From the human T2T-CHM13v2.0 reference genome, Homo sapiens: a stretch of 64,000 nt of DNA. Below, in pieces: positions 30,591 to 46,750 of this stretch. The notes below the pieces were generated by a model, which saw nothing but the letters and a program-made list of their open reading frames with translations, searched no databases and was not told where the DNA came from. The translations under genes and the position numbers were made by a program. The stretch is taken from assembly GCF_009914755.1 (NCBI RefSeq), contig NC_060927.1. One strand, 5' to 3'. The stretch's first letter is position 1; every line of letters starts with the position of its first letter.

Positions 30591-31457
30591 TACTTTCAGT
30601 AACACAAGAAGAAAGAGATGCTAAAGGGACTGTGATGATTTCAACTATGAAATGGACATACAATATATTTTATTGTTGTTTGACTACGTTGAAATATATA
30701 TTTAAATTGAGGGCCATCATTTTATCTAAAATTTACTAGTAATTCACTAAACAGATTTCCCTAATTAAAACCACTCAAACCAGTATGCAGTGATTTTATG
30801 GCACAAGAATAGACTATGAGTATATGGTTTGCAGCCTGGACAAAAACCTTTTTGGGTCTGACCTGAATAAGTAGGTTAGTTTATATTTCAAATATTTTTA
30901 TTTATACTATTTCCTCTGTTTTACTCAGTAAACATTAAGTTAATCTTCCGTATCATCTAATTAACCATTATTTGTAATGAAGACAAATTAAATTTGTAAA
31001 ATAGGAGTAGAAAAATGGTTACAGATGGTGGCTTTAGTAAGTATTGTAAAAATGCCAGACGCTCAAATCTGTCTGACTATTTATGCAAGTTATTGTGAAT
31101 GCTTTGAAATTTGTTAATACTGCACTCTTTAGAGGTTTTGTTATTTCAGGAATTTTAGAGAAAGAGTCAATACTCTTAGTGTTTGGGTTCAGGAGGACCC
31201 ACTTTCTGCTCCAGGAATGACCCAGGACTGGCCAATCAAAACACTGAACCCTCTGGCCATATTGATTGATTTAAAGATGGGCGAGTGACCCAAGTTCATC
31301 CAATTAGGGTCAGTCTTGGGACTTGTGCAGAATCTGTCAGCAGACACATGCTCTTTTTTGTTGGTTTAGACGTACAAGACTATAAGCCATAAGCTGTGGA
31401 CAATCATCTTTCTTAAGAATGAAGCCAGCATAAAGAAGAGTACAGGTGAAAGATGAA

Positions 31458-31468
31458 AGAGAGAGAGT

Positions 31469-31529
<61 letters not shown>
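31458..31529. repeat. (GA)n microsatellite inside an old ERVL-type LTR (~31200-31660)
   Basis: ~35 GA units with two interruptions. Confidence 0.95.
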
Positions 31530-31535
<6 letters not shown>

Positions 31536-31699
31536 AGATTAGGTCCTGATAGATCCTGATGACATCATGAGTGTCCAGGCCAAGTCATACTTAAAGCTTC
31601 ATTAACTCAAGCCAATAAAGTCCACCTTTTTGCTTAAGTCGCTATGGGCTATTTGTCACTTTCAATTAATTAATACTTTCAATTAATATAGGTGAGATA

Positions 31700-32176
31700 T
31701 GTTGATTGTATCTGACCCCCAAGAGTTACATCTCTATTTGCTATGGTAGTTTTTTTTTTATTATTATCAATTGTTTGCTCTTCTCCCAATAACAGCTTGC
31801 TTCCCCATCCATTGCTATGTGACTGGCATTGCCTACGCCGAGGAAGGAGAATACCTCTCGAACCCACTGATGTAAACTCTGACCATGTGACTTGTTTTGG
31901 TCAATAGGCTGTGGAAAGCAATGACATATGCTGTATCCAAGCAGAAGCTTTAAGGGCTATCACAAGGTCCTGTCATACTTCCTTTTTTGTTTTCTGCCAA
32001 GTAGCTATCCCATCTTAGAATGAATCCCAGAATGGAGAAAATATTTGGAGCAGAGCCTCAGCTGACCTACAGCTAATGAGTACCATGAACAAGATATAAA
32101 TTTATTTTGTTATAAACTACTGATATTTGGGGGTAGTTGTTACTGAAGCATAACCTAGTAAAAGCTGACTAATATA
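31700..32176 (+). mobile_element. MLT1-type MaLR LTR
   Basis: gaccatgtgacttgttttggtcaatag...gtagttgttactgaagcataac...ctgactaatata. Confidence 0.65.
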
Positions 32177-32569
32177 CTTGTTATCTTTGTAATGCTTGTC
32201 AAAGTTCATAACTGAGTATAAATCTAGAGCACCTATCATGGTGTTTATAATTTATATCCTGAAAGTTACCACAAAAGAATTTCGGACGACTGATTGCTTC
32301 TCATTGTTTTAGTATTCGTGGCCCAGTTATATGCAGTGGTGGTCAAAAATGTGGGCTTTGTCTTTGTGGTTTAATGACTGGTAAGTTACCTGAACTTACG
32401 AGTCTCAATATCCTCCTTATAATAAAAATAATAATAGTAATAATAATAATGTCTTCCCCATGGGATTTTTGTGTATACAGAGTGAAACACAGTGCAGGGG
32501 ACATGGTAAAACACTTAGGAAACAGCAACTATAATTTTTACCATTACAGAAGAAAGTGCCCTCATGGAA

Positions 32570-32736
32570 CTTTTTTTAAGACATGGAGTCTTGCTATGGT
32601 GCCCAGGCTGGAGTGCAATGGTTCTTCACAGGTACAATCATGGTGCACTGCAGTCTCAAACTCCTGAGCTCAAGTGATCCTTCCACCTCAGCCTCCTGAG
32701 TATCTGGGACTACAGGCACATGCCACCATGTCTGGC
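32570..32736 (-). mobile_element. Alu monomer (FRAM/FLAM or half AluJ)
   Basis: Single reverse Alu arm. Confidence 0.75.
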
Positions 32737-33669
32737 TGAACTCTTTTTGATGTTTCCAGAAACAATCCCCCAATGGGTGGTAGAGTCCAAGGTGAGCCTA
32801 GCTAACACTAAGCACCATTCCCTAAGAAATAGCATTCTGGGGAGGCTGTTAAGACATTACTTTTTAAATTGCACGTATACCATCCAAGGAAGAGTGGCTG
32901 GGGAGAATGCTGCCGAGGAAGCTGGATGGGAGCTGAGGGAATATATTGAGAAGTGGGATAGCCATTTTTCCTCTGAATTTCTTTGCATTCTAAAGCTCAA
33001 TGAAAAGAGAACAATGCCTCCAGAGTTGGACCTCAAGTGAGAACTGAGGAGGACACCAGAATCAAGCTGGTGCTGTTGAACATTCATCTTCATTTATGAG
33101 TAGCATTTGGACAATTTGTTTTGCTAATGGGCGAAGTTTACATTGATTGAACTTATCATTTAATATTTTTGGAAAAGGCAATAAGGGGATTTTATGACAA
33201 GAATATTTGTTAGGGCAATTATCTCCTGAATAACAAAGAGTATGCCTTTTGAATGATTTGAATGGATTGAAGCCTGCACGTGTGTGTGCATGAGAGAGAG
33301 AGAGAGACAGAAAGAGAAATCTCAAAGGATAAGAATATGAGAATAGTTGTGCAAATATAGCATGCTCTTCAAGGTATTGAGCTTAGAAGTATTTTCTGGG
33401 AATTGTTGATAGTTTCAGTCTTCCTCTTTTCAACAAGGATTCATCTTTCTCTGTTCAGGTACTGTGCTATATGAATATACCCATATAACTTTCATAGCTT
33501 AGAACTCTACAACATATAACTGTTAAGAGTTATAAGAGTAAATAAACACTTAGCAGACACTTATTAGTATCTCTTATAGAGGAGAAAACTGAGGCTTACA
33601 AGTATTCACTGATTTGCAGACGGGCTCACAGGCACTCATTATTATTCAAAGCTTATATTTATACCCAGG

Positions 33670-34410
33670 ACTTATTCCTTCAATGAGTATTTATCGAATA
33701 TCTACTGTACACCAGGAATATTTCCAACTTAATAATATCATCTAATAAATTTCCTACTGTCATGAAGCTTATGTTCTATTTGGGAAGATAACTAAGCAAA
33801 AAACAATATAATTTAATATCATGAAAAATAAAACAGGACAGTGTGATATAAGATGATAGTGGCACATTAGAAAGGATACTTGTTAATAAAAGTCCTTTGT
33901 AAAACAAAGACACTGAGCTGAGACAGAATTGATAGGAAGCATTCCAGATGGGGGAACGGTGAGTGCAAAGGTCCTGAGGCAGGAATCAACTTGGCAGACT
34001 TTACAACAGGAGACAGAAAACTGGTGTGGTGAGAGTGCCCTGAACCCAGGAGAAAAGGGTGTAATTGGGGTCCAAGAGATTATAGACTCTTTTGGGCCAC
34101 AGTAAAGAGTCTGAATCTTATTCTAAGTGCAGTGGGAAGCCATTGATCCAAGCAGTAGTTAAGAAGTTCCTGCTAGGTCCTGTGTGGACAGTGGATTAGG
34201 TAGAAGCACAGAGTGCATGAAAAACAACAGCTGAGGAGAAAGGCTGTTGGTTTGGACCATGGCTGTAGGAGAAGAGATACAGAGAAATGGGTGAATTTGG
34301 GATAACTTTTGCATGGGAGCTGATAGGAGTTTGCTGTTGGACTAGATGTGAAGGAGAATGATAAAACAGAAACAAGGACAGCTTCTAGGTTTATGACCGA
34401 AGTAATTAAA
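33670..34410 (-). mobile_element. L2
   Basis: ttcaatgagtatttatcgaat; gagtgcaaaggtcctgaggcagga; ttattctaagtgcagtgggaagccattg. Confidence 0.8.
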
Positions 34411-35983
34411 TCGTGAAGCTTTATACTGATGATGCAATCCACATCTCTATAGCTCTCCAGTAATCTCTAATTGTGTGTTCTGGTGAGGAATTCTCTCTAC
34501 TGAAGTGCTATCTTATTATTCTATCTGCAGAGAGCAGGAAGACAGAGAGAGAGAGAGAGAGAGAGAGATGGATTCTAATAGATTGCATTTGAATTCAGAC
34601 TCATCTGCTCCAAGCCTTCTGGTGTTAATAGCTGTGGCCCGATTATAGGCATTGGCTCAGCCAATGATAGAGTGTGTTTTAGTGTCCAGTCCCTTAGATT
34701 TAAAGAAGACAGAGAGTCTAACAATACTGGCCTCTCCGGCCTTCCTGTTGCCCATTGCTGACCTGTGTCTGAAGCCCACTTCCTGGATCTGGCTTCACGG
34801 CTTGGTCAAGAAGACTCTGTGTACATGCACTGACAACATGTGATGACAGACTGGGTTCCAGAAGGGGATCTGGACCGTGGTCAAGGACATCTGAACATCC
34901 CCAGAGGCCAGAAGATGACAGCCTGGCCACTTTGGCTTCTTGCCTTCTACAGGCAGAGTAGGCCAAGCCCCAGGACCCAGAGCTGTGGCTGAGCTGGGTC
35001 ACCACTGTGGTTTGGACAGAGAGCAGGGTGGGGTGAGCTGTCCCCGGGCTGCTCTGGAGTTGGCTTCAGACAAGAGACTAAGGTCAGGCATGTGGTCGAA
35101 ATCACACGTATTCCTGGGCAGAACTCTCATCGGGACTTATGAAAATAGATTTTATAACGTCAGCTGCACTTGGCAATGATAATTTCCTGGTTGAAGATGC
35201 GCGGAGGATCCCTAGGATATATATTCTTAATGAGGACAGAAATGTGAACTCATTGCATTGAGTGGGTCATCCTTATTCCTTGACACTTGGTAAAGTGTCC
35301 TATTTGGGCATAGAGGAGAGTTTCAGTGAGTCAGGATGCTGGCTGATGGTTCCAGTGAAGAGAATTAATGAAGAAACTACTTGCAGAGGTGTAGGATGGG
35401 CCAAGGGAACTAACAAGGAATGGGAGCCACCTAAAAGGCTAGCAACAAGGGCAAGCAGGTACTACCCCTGGGCCTCAAGGGCACAAAGTGAGGGCACATA
35501 GTTACCTGAACCTGGTAAGAACTGGAACCACAGAGAAGGCCCCCCCACCCCCCAAGCCAGGGCTGGAGTCACACAGAGGGAAGCAGTGACTGCCACAGAA
35601 GTTGCCCAGAAGTGGGAGAGAGAAAGGAAGGAACGCCCACGCTCTCTTTTCTGTCATCTCCCACAGGGGAGGGAGGAAGTAGAAAAGGGAAGAGGATGAA
35701 TCAAGAAGCACAAATAAAGAATCCCCAGGACAAGTGGGAAAGTCACGCTCTCCACATGACAGCATTAGCATTGTCTCTAAACATGTCTAGGCACACGCAT
35801 GTACACACGCCCCTCCTACCAAAAAAGAAGGCCAACTTTGTATTTTTAAAATATTATCCTGGAAGCAGTGTGGTGTAGTTTAAGACACAATTATATGTTT
35901 GGTGATATATCCTATCAGTAAAAAAATTTAAAAATCAGGCAATCCAAAATTTGCATATTTATTAATGTATAAATTGTATATGG

Positions 35984-36199
35984 CAAGCTTGTCCAACCAG
36001 TGGCCCAGGATGGCTTTGAATACAGCCCAACACAAATTTGTAAACTTTCCTAAAACACTATAAGGTTTATGCATGGACCTTCTTTTTTTTTTTTTTTTTT
36101 TTTAGCTAATCAGCTATCCTTAGCGTTAGTATATTTTATGTGTGGCCCAAGACAATTCTTCCAGTGTGGCTCAGGGAAGTCAAAGATTAGACATCCCTG
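35984..36199. mobile_element. MER30 hAT-Charlie MITE
   Basis: caagcttgtccaac...gattagacatccctg with exact 8-bp TSD GTATATGG (35976-35983 and 36200-36207). Confidence 0.92.
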
Positions 36200-36418
36200 G
36201 TATATGGCATATATGTATTACCATATTAATATACAGTGTACAGTATAACACACTAGGTAAGGGCATGGATTCTGTAGCTCAGCTTCTTCATAGCATTGTT
36301 GTAAGAATTAAATGAACATCTGCAGAGGCCTTAGGACAGTGCCTGACATGAGGCAAGCAGAATATGTGGTACATTATAGTATAAAACATAGCTCAACACA
36401 GAAGTTTTATAAGGCTGA

Positions 36419-38548
<2,130 letters not shown>

Positions 38549-39152
38549 AGAGACATAAACTTTGAATATGCTTCTCCATGCCCCATCATGCATGCTTCCA
38601 TCAGGGTATATACTTCCCACTTTGGAGATCACCAGCTAAACAGTTAGTATTTGTTACCGGGCAGACCATCCCACTGCACTACCTTGAGTAAATTCACCCA
38701 TTGCAGCCTCACTGTCCTCATCTGTAAAATGATAACAGTTACTAGTATCCTGGTTGTTGGAGGACTAAATGCACTACATCCAGTCAAACACTTAGCCCAG
38801 CACATCAGTACTCAATACAATGTTACATGCGATTATTGTCATAAAAGGAATGGTCATTGTATTAAAACCAGGAAAGAGAAAAAAACAAAAATTGTCCATA
38901 CTCCTACAGGATCATATACAATCACTGTAAAATAATATTGGCATATGTTTTTTTGAGACCTTCTTCTAAAGCTTATACACACACATATTTTGCATAATTG
39001 GATCATACTGTACATTCTGTGGTGGGTCTCTTTTTAATGGCAGTAAAGTATAACATCTTATAGGCTCAGAATAATTTATTTACCCAGCCCTATTGTTGGT
39101 CATTTATATTTTTTCCAATATTTTTTCATTTTAAGTAACCCCGGGATGAATA

Positions 39153-39587
39153 CTTTTTTTAACAGCTTCATTGGGATATACTTTACACCTCATAAAATTC
39201 ACCCACTTAAAGTGTACAATTCAATGGTTTTTAGTGTATTCAGAGTTGTGCAACCATCACCACAATCTAAGTTTGGAACATTTTTGTCATTCCTAAAAGA
39301 AACCTACACCGAGTGTAGTCATCCCCAAACCACCCCTCCCAGACCCAGGCGACCTCCAATGTACATGATGTTTCTGTAGATTTGCCTATTCTGGGCATTT
39401 CATATAAATGGGATCACAAAATATGTGGTCTTTTGTGTCTGGCCTCTTTCAGTTAATGTTTGTGAGGCTCATCCACATTATAGATCTACCAACACTTCAT
39501 TCCTTTTTATTGCTGAATATTCCATGGAACAGATATACCACATTTTATTTATCCATTCATCAGTAATGGATATTTGGGTTGTTTCCA
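39153..39587 (-). mobile_element. L1MB/MC-like 3' end nested in an older L1ME
   Basis: taaaattcacccacttaaagtgtacaattcaatgg; flanking gatgaata repeat. Confidence 0.8.
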
Positions 39588-39941
39588 AGATGAATAATCT
39601 TATAGGTTAATCTTTGCACACATCTTAGTTGGTTCCTTTGAATATATTCCTAGACATGAAAATGCTAGGTGAAAGATGATACACATAATTTCTAAACTTT
39701 TGGATATTAGACACTTTCAATTAAAGCTTTATTTCTCACTTGAGCACACTGCTTCCTTTCTCATTTGAAGGGTCACTGCTCTTCATCCTATCAACTACAA
39801 AACTTTTCTAATCTCTTCCTTGTGATGCCTGGAGATATTTGCAATTTTTAATCTTCTAAAGCAACATCCCCAGGGATTCTATCCTCTTTTGGATATCAGA
39901 GACTCTGATGGACAAGGACACTCCCAAAGGAAACAAATAGT

Positions 39942-40261
39942 GGCCAGCATAGTGGCTTATGCCTATAATCCCAGCATTTTGGGAGGCTGAGACCAGAGGA
40001 TTGCTTGAGGCCTGGAGTTAGAGACCAGCCTGGGCAAGATAGGAAGACCCCATCTCTACAAAAAATTAAAAATAAAAAAAATAAGCTGGGCATGGTAGCA
40101 CATGCCTGTAGTCCCAACTACCCAGGAGGTTGAGGTAGGAGGATCACTTGAACCCAGGAGTTCGAGGTTACAGTGAGCTATGATCGCACCACTGCCCTCC
40201 AGTCTGGATGACAGAGCAAGACCCTATCTCAAAAACAAAAAACAAAAAGAAAAAGGAAACA
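39942..40261 (+). mobile_element. AluJ-like SINE
   Basis: Full dimer; degenerate 16-bp TSD aaaggaaa(c/t)aaa(t/c)agt at 39926-39941 and 40262-40277. Confidence 0.92.
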
Positions 40262-41389
40262 AAAGGAAATAAACAGTATTTACTTGTATCATTCTTTACC
40301 ATTTTCAACTGGAAGCCCCCTTAAGTGTGACATTAATGAAAGTCAGCTTGTAAGACTTGTAAGTGGCAGATAGTCTCTTTAAAGCATCTCACTTTGTCCT
40401 TGTAAGTAGGTGTTTCTACTATCAACCTCTTGAAAGTGGTTAATATCCAGAAAAATAATTTCTTATTCAGTAAAATTTTGACCCAAGGTTTCATAGCACC
40501 TAAGAAGCCAAGTATCATTAGGCTCATAATCTTATTTATTTACAACATGTTACAGATAAACTGACTTTCTCCTTCTTAAGAATTTGAAGGAAGTGAAAAT
40601 TTGTTTTCTACATGCTGTGGATTTTAATCCAACATAGCTGTTAAACTCTTGGGGTGGCCTCCTGGGTGAAATCTACTCACACATTTTCTTTATTATATGA
40701 AAGGATCCTGTGGGGAAGGCAGCTGGTGGGTAAACACCAGGCTTAAGCCTTAGTCAGTGTGAATCCTGGATAATGTTTACAAATAGAATGGTCTCTGCAG
40801 CAACCAACTAACAGTAGATAAGAGAGCTGCCTCATTTACAGCTGCGTTTAATCTTTCCAACGCCTGAAAAATATTCGCTGAATGCTGGTGAATAGGATGG
40901 CTTATGGTGCCCTCACCTTCACCCCTGGACACGCTTCCTCCACTGACCTTTCTGGTCACAAGCAACAAAGGTGGTTAAAAATACTCCATTCTTTGTACAA
41001 AGACCATCCACTGCAACCCCAAGGCCCTTAATGTTATTATCCGTGGTGCTGATGGATTGGCCCTGATCTTCACCCCACTTCCTCTTCAGAACAACACGCA
41101 TTTATGTTGAGAAGACTGGCGGGGACTCATAAGTGTTGGAATTCTCTTACATGTCAATTAGGGGAGGCATTTTACACAGGATATCCAATTTCAACATAAC
41201 AACCACCCACAAAGTAGGTGCTGTTATGCCCATTCTAAGGATGAGAAAGTGGAGGCATAGTTGTGCTGTGCATCCTGGAACCCAAGTGTAAAAAAAAAAA
41301 AATCTTATTAAATACAGACTTCTTATGAATGTACTTAGGAAGTGTATTAATTCCTCAGAGTAAATAAAGGTAACTCTACTGCTAAATTC

Positions 41390-41697
41390 TTTTTTTTTTT
41401 CTTTTTGAGACAGGATCTCGTTTTACCACCCAGGCTGGAGTGCACTGGCAACATCATTGCTCACTGCAGCCTCGACCTCCCTGGCTCAAGCAATCCTCCT
41501 GCCTCAGCCTCCTGAGTCTGGGACTATAGGCGGGGGCCACCACACCCAGCTACAGCTAATTTTTTTGGGGGGGGTGGGTAGAGGTGGGGTCTCACTATGT
41601 TGCCCAGGCTGATCCTGAACTCCTGAACTCAAACAATTCTCCTGCCTTGGCCTCCTAATCTGCTGAGATTACGGGGTGAGCTACAGTACCTGGCATC
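41390..41697 (-). mobile_element. AluJ-like SINE
   Basis: Reverse dimer; TSD ctactg(c/t)taaattc at 41376-41389 and 41698-41711. Confidence 0.92.
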
Positions 41698-42119
41698 CTA
41701 CTGTTAAATTCCTGCCTCTCAGCTGGAGACAGTGCACACTGCGGTGACGATTTATTTTAATATAAATGCTGCAGTGCTGTACTTTCCAAGGTGTTAATTT
41801 CAGAGAAAATGTCCCACCAAAAATTGGGTGGGTCATATGATCAATAAATTTTGTTAAATTAAATTGTACAGGATTCTTGAGTGTGGACCTTCATAGAGAT
41901 TCTAATATAGGGATGTGTATTCTGAAGCCCCAAGATGGGCGAAGAATCAATACTATTTTTGTGGAACACCAATTAGCCTTTAATGGAGCTGTTTTTTGTG
42001 ACACACACAAGCAGAATGAACTTCTTAATGGCCATTCATTTTTGGTTTGATTTTTAAATAGGCAGTATATACAGACAGTAAATTTTGAGTATCCAGAGTT
42101 ATTCAGTGAAAGGTCCATC

Positions 42120-42505
42120 TCTCTTCAACCTTTGCCTCTAAAATTCTCTCTTAAGAAACAACTATTGATTTCAAGTTCTAAGATATTTTAGGCATATGCA
42201 ACCATGCATGCACGTATGTATGTGTGTATATGTGTAAGTTTGTGTGTGTGTGTGTGTTTCAGTTTTGAGTCACAGTATATATATTGTTCTGTACCTTGTA
42301 TTTTTACTTAATAGATGTTAGAAATCAGTCCATATCCATATATATAAGGCTGTGTCACTTTTTTAATACCTACATAGTATTTTACGGTATAGATGTGTTA
42401 AATATGTTTAACCAGTACCATATTGATGGATATTTAGAATATTTCTAATCTTTTACTGCTACAAACAGTGCTGTAGGGGGTACCCTTGTACATTTTTCTT
42501 TGCAC
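42120..42505 (-). mobile_element. L1ME-like fragment containing (TG)n at ~42215-42257
   Basis: atagtattttacggtatagatg...tattgatggatatttag...gctacaaacagtgctg. Confidence 0.65.
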
Positions 42506-43295
42506 CATGGTGTTTCTTGTATCAGATTTTGATTTTTAGAAAGGGGCATCATAACATAATATGATTCTGTGAGGTCAAAAATGGCCCAGGTTTGCAGCCT
42601 TCTGATGGTCTGGCTTGATCCAGAGACAGAGAAGAATTTAGAGTTTACAGAACTAAGCCCTAAAAAAAATTGTCAGAGTCTGTTTAAAATAGAGGGAAAA
42701 ATAGGTTTTTTTTTCAGAGGTAAGAAAAATTAAGGTTTTTAAAAAATCCTATTTCTTTTAGAGGTAAAGAGGTTTCGGGTTATATGCATGTTCCTACGCA
42801 AGGCCATATGGAACTTAAGGCATGAAATCTCTAAGAACAGGGATTTCCCACATGGATAACCTTTGATTCTTAACTGAAAAAGTAACTGCTTTATTCACCC
42901 TGGTTCAGAAGCAATAGTTTTGCTTCCTCACTATCTTGTACTGCATTTAGTTTCTGCCAAACAGCATTTCATTGACTCTAAATATTAAAAGTTGTTCTTT
43001 CTCCTGAACATATTTCTCCCTCTTCTTTTTTGTTTCCTGAATGGCAAAAAATAACATAATAAAGGGTAACATTTTACATAAGAAAAAAATAAAAACTTTT
43101 ATTTTATTAAACGAGGTTAATATCTAGTTGGAATTCAACAACAGAACTTGATAGAAAGAAGTGCTCCTATATTTTGTTCAACAGCTTTACTGATGATGTC
43201 TTCCACTTTTAAAAATATCAATTTTATCAACAGGTTTCAATCGCATAACAGGCTGGGAAAATTTCCTTGAGGACAAATTACTGTTGGGACAAATT

Positions 43296-43559
43296 ACGTG
43301 GCTTCCAACGTGGTTGCTCCAGCTATTATTTCTTTATTTCCTAGTCAATGAGAATAGGGGAAGGGAGAAAGAAAGCATCCTCCTAGCCCAAACTTAGATA
43401 TATGAACACAGCTGACTACAAAGTAGGCTAGGGAAAGTAGTCTCTAATTGGTCATCCACCTGCCCAGATAAAGCTTGGAGGAATATTCTACCATTAAAAG
43501 GATAAAAGGTAAGCAACCAATGGGCCAAAGAAGAAATCACAAGGGAAATTTTAAAATAT
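43296..43559 (+). repeat. Local direct duplicate of 47443-47707
   Basis: Hand alignment gives ~29 substitutions and 2 small gaps over ~265 bp. Confidence 0.93.
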
Positions 43560-44523
43560 CAGGTGATTTAAGAATAGGTTGCATTATCTGGTCCTCGTTT
43601 GGGACAGTACAGAGCAACATATTATAGCCACCTTTCATCATAAAGTGCCATCACTCTGGGTCAGGCACAACAACCTATGAGGTGGATCCTTACAACCACC
43701 TACAAGGTGGGTACTGCTGTTGTCTCCATTTCATAGACAAGGAATCTAGAGCACAGGACAATCTCAAGACCACACAGCTAGAATGTTGTAGAGCTAGAAT
43801 TCGAACCCATTGTTTTAAAACCTTATTCTCTAGACTAGGTCTTGAATTCTTTTAAACCCAAATACATGTAATCACCTGTTGAGGCCAGAAGTTTTGTCTC
43901 TGCTCCCATCTAGCTATGTCAAGTGATACATGGATGATCACTGTTCACAGGCTTCTGCAGCAGTGGGGTTTGTTCTACATTTGAGCAGCCCTGCTCCAGA
44001 ATGACATCTCTCCAGGCCAGACGGTGAAGCAAGCTCTATGACACAGGTGATGGTTTCAAGGAAGGAGAGATTCTGACCATTTTATTACCTCCCCTGGAAC
44101 GGAAGCGATCGCTTGCAGTGCCATCTAACTCTACGTCTTCACTTGAGGCCAGTTGAACGGGCAAGTCTGTTGCCAAATTCCAACAGAAACATTCATCAGA
44201 ATTTTCCCTTAGGAATTTTTGCAAAAGCTAGCTGTTCCCTCCCGCCATGTTGTAATATGTAGAAATGGTCATCTAGTTAGGGGCACACAGAATCAAGTAT
44301 GACAAGTTATCAATTTCCCCTTTCTCAAGGTGCTGGAAGTGAGTCATTAAGTAAATCTTGACTATCAGGGTGTCTTCAGACCTCTAAAGAAGCATTTGAT
44401 GAAAGAGTTCTCAGAAACGTGGGTCTAAATTTGATTCTAGTCCTGAGGGCATCTGTTCAATTGCATTTGCCTTCTGCAGCTGTATAAACTCATCTACTGC
44501 TGGAAAATCTCAGAAACCTTGTA

Positions 44524-44936
44524 GAGTCATATGTCATTTTATTGCACTTCACAGATATTAATTTTTTGTTTTGTTGTGTTTTTTACAAACTGAAGGTTTA
44601 TGGCAACCCTATATCAAGCAAATCTATTGGTGCCATTTTTCCAACAGCATGTACTCACTTTATGTCACTGGGTCACATTTTAGTAATTTTACTAAAATTT
44701 TAGTAAAATTTGATACTAAAGCGAGTATCAAATATTGCAATCAAGCAAGTCACATGATTTTTTGATTTCCCAGTACATATAAAAGTTCTGTTTACACTCT
44801 ACTATGGAGTATAAACAGAGCTTCTACATGCACTGGGAAATCAAAAAATCATGTGACGTGCTTGATTGCAATATTTAACACTCACTTTATTGAGGTGGTC
44901 TGGAACTGAACCTGCAGTATCTACAAGGTATGCTTG
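44524..44936. mobile_element. Internally deleted Tigger1 (Tc1/mariner-pogo) with an internal fold-back
   Basis: One Tigger1 end (ttttattgcacttcacagatatt...tgaaggtttatggcaaccct) and the other end (ctggaactgaacctgcagtatct..aggtatgcttg); degenerate TIRs; TA on the left. Confidence 0.85.
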
Positions 44937-46359
44937 TGCCTCCCAAGGTCTCTGTTTCCTCCTGAATATTCGTCCAGAACAATTTTGTCTACTTTAAGAC
45001 AGGGTTCTGGGATTAAATTACATAATCCCTATAGAATACTTAGTATATAGTAAACTGATAGTAATAATAGCGATTTTTGTTATTAGCTCAAACTCCACAA
45101 AAAATTAGAGAGATGAAAATATTGTAACATAAAACAATAGTGTCAGAAGCAGTAGCCAAATAAAGATGAGAAATGAAGTCAGTCCAGAAGTCTATATAAA
45201 AACTATTAAGCAATTTATCTTATGGTGATGATTCATAGACGTTTTATTCTTCTCCTTGATAATGAATTGCCTTTGTATTACTTTTATTATCAGACAAAAC
45301 AATAAAGCAGTTTCCACTTGGGGAGAAAGAACTTAGACGAAGTTCGGGTGTTTCTGAAATTATAAATCAAGGATAAAAGCAATTTAACTTTCAAATTCTC
45401 AGTTTTCATGCACTCTGCAAGGAAAGGAGCTCAGCCCATGAGTATACTTGTAGATCAAAATTTACACGTTTAGGGCTACAGAGCTCTAACAGGCCAGGCA
45501 ACAAGCAAGCCAAAGGTGTTGATGACCACAGCAGGCAGGCTCACACTTACTAATACTACTTGCAGCCCTAAACTCCCATACACTACTCTATAATTTCCAG
45601 ACCACCCACATTTACACTAACAAGTCCACATACAGGGCACAACAAGCATTCTCATGCAGTTCTGTCATCATGCCCAGTTTTCATGCCTGACCTTTTCTCA
45701 TACTTCAGAACATTCTGACACTTCCTCTCTGCCTAACTTCAAAGCAGTGAGCATGGGAGAATAATTTACATTCTTATAGTTGACCAATAAATCTAACCAT
45801 TTTTTCCTTGCAGACCAATAGAGCATTTTATTTACATGTGGGGTCATTTATAAATAGAGTACTTTATTAAGCTCATAAAGATTTCTCAGAACAAACACCA
45901 TTTTTCCAAGTATGTTTAATGCATTCTTGGGGTTAACATTTTGTTGAGATTAGATATGTCGCCCTGATCAACTGCCATAAGGACATTTACTGCATTAAAT
46001 TTTATCAAATACAGATCTTCAGGTTCATGGTCCCAGTAGTTGTATAAGCATCACTGCAGAATCTATTTATTTTGCATTTCATTTTTTTTCCCTAAGGCAA
46101 ATCCTCTTTAAAACCATGTTGGATAAGTTTTTTAAAAATCTTTTTAAACTGAAAAAGAATTTATAATTTTTTTAATGTTCAGGTTGCCTTTGTTTAAAAT
46201 GTGCCAGCCACTATGCTAGGCCCTGAGGATACCTAGGCAAAACACACATAGTCCCTGCCTACATGGAGCTTAGAGTACAGACGGGAAGCAGCAAGAAGAA
46301 TACCATGCCTATATAATCACACATGCATGTATAATTAAAAACACAGGATGCAGTGGGCA

Positions 46360-46750
46360 CATGTGGTGGCCATGGAAACACAACTCTCCAACTGCAGGGA
46401 GCATACCTGACTGACAGCCCCAGCTGTCGCTCCTCTAGATCCTTCAGGCCACCCCCAGCCAATGGCTCCCATTCCTATCAGACGCAGAACTTGTCTAACG
46501 TGCATCTTGGGCTAAGAACACCCCACTGGCATCACTGAAGTGTTCTTAGAGCTGAGTAGAGTCTGAGACTCTTCCTATCCATTCCTTCTTCCTTCCCCTT
46601 CTCCTTTCTCAAGGATCAGACCTGCATTTGTGGTCTGAAGGCTCTCCCTGCCTATTCTTACCCCACTTACCCCTGCACTGTATCCTGCACAGGTGTTTTC
46701 CCTCGTATGTCCCTTGGACATGCTTCTCAGAGGACCTGGACTATATACAA
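46360..46750. mobile_element. LTR16-like ERVL LTR within an L2 (~46190-47030)
   Basis: ctgcagggagcatacctgactgacagccccagctg...tgcttctcagaggacctggac. Confidence 0.55.
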
